DNA of 64,000 nucleotides. Origin: Balamuthia mandrillaris (lineage: Eukaryota). Of the stretch, positions 62,717 to 64,000 are shown in pieces. The first letter of the stretch is position 1. Each line of letters opens with the position of its first letter. Both the position numbers and the translations under genes were made by a program. The stretch is taken from NCBI GenBank assembly GCA_031835245.2, contig JAVKOQ020000115.1, forward strand, positions 62,001-126,000. Reading direction: 5' to 3'. Under the pieces are notes generated by a model, which was not told the origin of the DNA, did no database searches, and was given only the letters and a program-made list of their open reading frames with translations.

Positions 62717-64000
62717 TCAAAAGAGAGCACAAACGGAGGGTTGGCGAAATTTCTTCGCTTGCTCCAGGATGGCGATCATGTCGGAAGGTTCGCAAGCCTG
62801 CTCCAAGAAAGGGTGCTATTGTTTGGGGATCAGTATGTATCAGCGAAACATTTTTTTTTTTCAAAAAAAAAATCAAGACATCGCGGGGAACAGAAGCATA
62901 CCCCAAGCAACTGCTCTGCGGTGGGTCGTTTACGCTCATCCTTTGTTAGACAGAGAGACAAGAACGAAATAAAGGCAGGCGAGAAGTGCTGTACTGCCTC
63001 TGGTATAGGCACTCCTCGTGTGGCTATGTATAACAGAGCCTGAATAAATTCAGAGTTAATGTCACAAAAACTTTCGGATAAACAAGAAAGAAATAGAGCG
63101 AACGGAAGAAAGAACCTTTGGTGGTGGCATTTCACGGTAAGGTGGCTGACCCTGAGCCATCTCCAACAAAAGGACGCCCAACGACCAAATATCGATCGAT
63201 GGGCCATAGGCTTGCCTTCTTATCATTTCAGGTGCCTGCAAAAAAATAAAAATAAAATCAGTATTTGATAACACCACCGACTGGAGAAGACTGAAGTGAA
63301 ACATGATGGTTACCATCCAATAGGCAGTTCCAAGGATCGTTTGTCTATGTTGCATTTGTTCTGTCAATTGAGCCGCAAAACCAAAATCGGCTGTAAAAAG
63401 CAGAAAATAGATGAGAGCAATAGTAAATGTAAGTATATTGAAGGAATATGATAACTAGTTGGCAAGAAAATGTATCGTACTGAGTTTAATCTCGCCTGTG
63501 CTTGTGAGAAGGACATTTGCACTCTTGATATCTCTGTGTAAGCGGTGGCGTTCATGGATGTACCTCAGCCCTTTCAAGCACTGGAAACAAAGAGCGAGTA
63601 TTGACACGTTAAAGGCTGATTTTACATACACTAGTGGCATGTAGGTACCTCTCGCATTACAAATGCCATTTGGTTTTCATTTAGTTGGATGTCCTGTTGA
63701 AACAATTCTACAATCTCCAAGAGCGATCCACCATCACAATATTCCATTACAACCTTTTACAAAAAGCGAGAAAGTAAAAATGAGGAAGAAAGAACATGCG
63801 AATTGGAAGAAAGTGAAGGAGCGTACCCATATTTTATTTGGCTCCTCACCGTCTCGATAGCTATCAATAAAGCGTACGATGTTTGGGTTGTTGCAGCTTT
63901 TCATGATTCCAATCTCACTTATCAGGTGCTTCTCTTTATTTTTCCTGTTTATCCGGAGGATTTTTATCGCCACTTTTTCTCCTGTCCGTCTATTTGTAGC
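62717..64000 (-). CDS. PAK/STE20-family Ser/Thr kinase, 3' part
   Basis: [30 protein letters not shown] and GTAYWMAPE; the last exon ends CALF*. Confidence 0.92.

Overview
Gene-dense eukaryotic nuclear DNA from an intron-rich protist (amoebozoan-like; the taxon is inference only). Exons were joined by eye through GT/GC-AG introns into about 33 protein-coding genes, mostly housekeeping: GNPDA, DGK1-like, SMN, PTAR1, SPF45, HSDL2, TRAPPC6, COQ3, EMC6, NIPBL/Scc2, PMS2, a sirtuin, IMP3, DOLPP1, a SHAQKYF Myb, RPL13A, RPC9 and a PAK kinase. There are also two tRNA-Ala(AGC) genes. The most striking feature is a cytochrome P450 gene (45676-47694, minus strand) whose middle part (46437-46992) lies on the opposite strand between perfect 8-bp inverted repeats; flipping it back restores splice phase and reading frame exactly. 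This could be an intragenic inversion switch, a recent inversion allele or an assembly chimera. Other highlights: a 73-nt tRNA/vault-like Pol III-type element with a partial copy between inverted repeats, a recurrent quasi-palindromic promoter motif, an AT-rich trough that overruns a coding exon, A-rich AAG 3' splice sites, a Ras-like/RapGAP fusion, a PHD finger in Scc2, bacterial-type RsmJ and ABC-class ATPase genes with presequences, and a CaaX-ended PAK kinase. CDS coordinates span start to stop including introns; no database searches were run.
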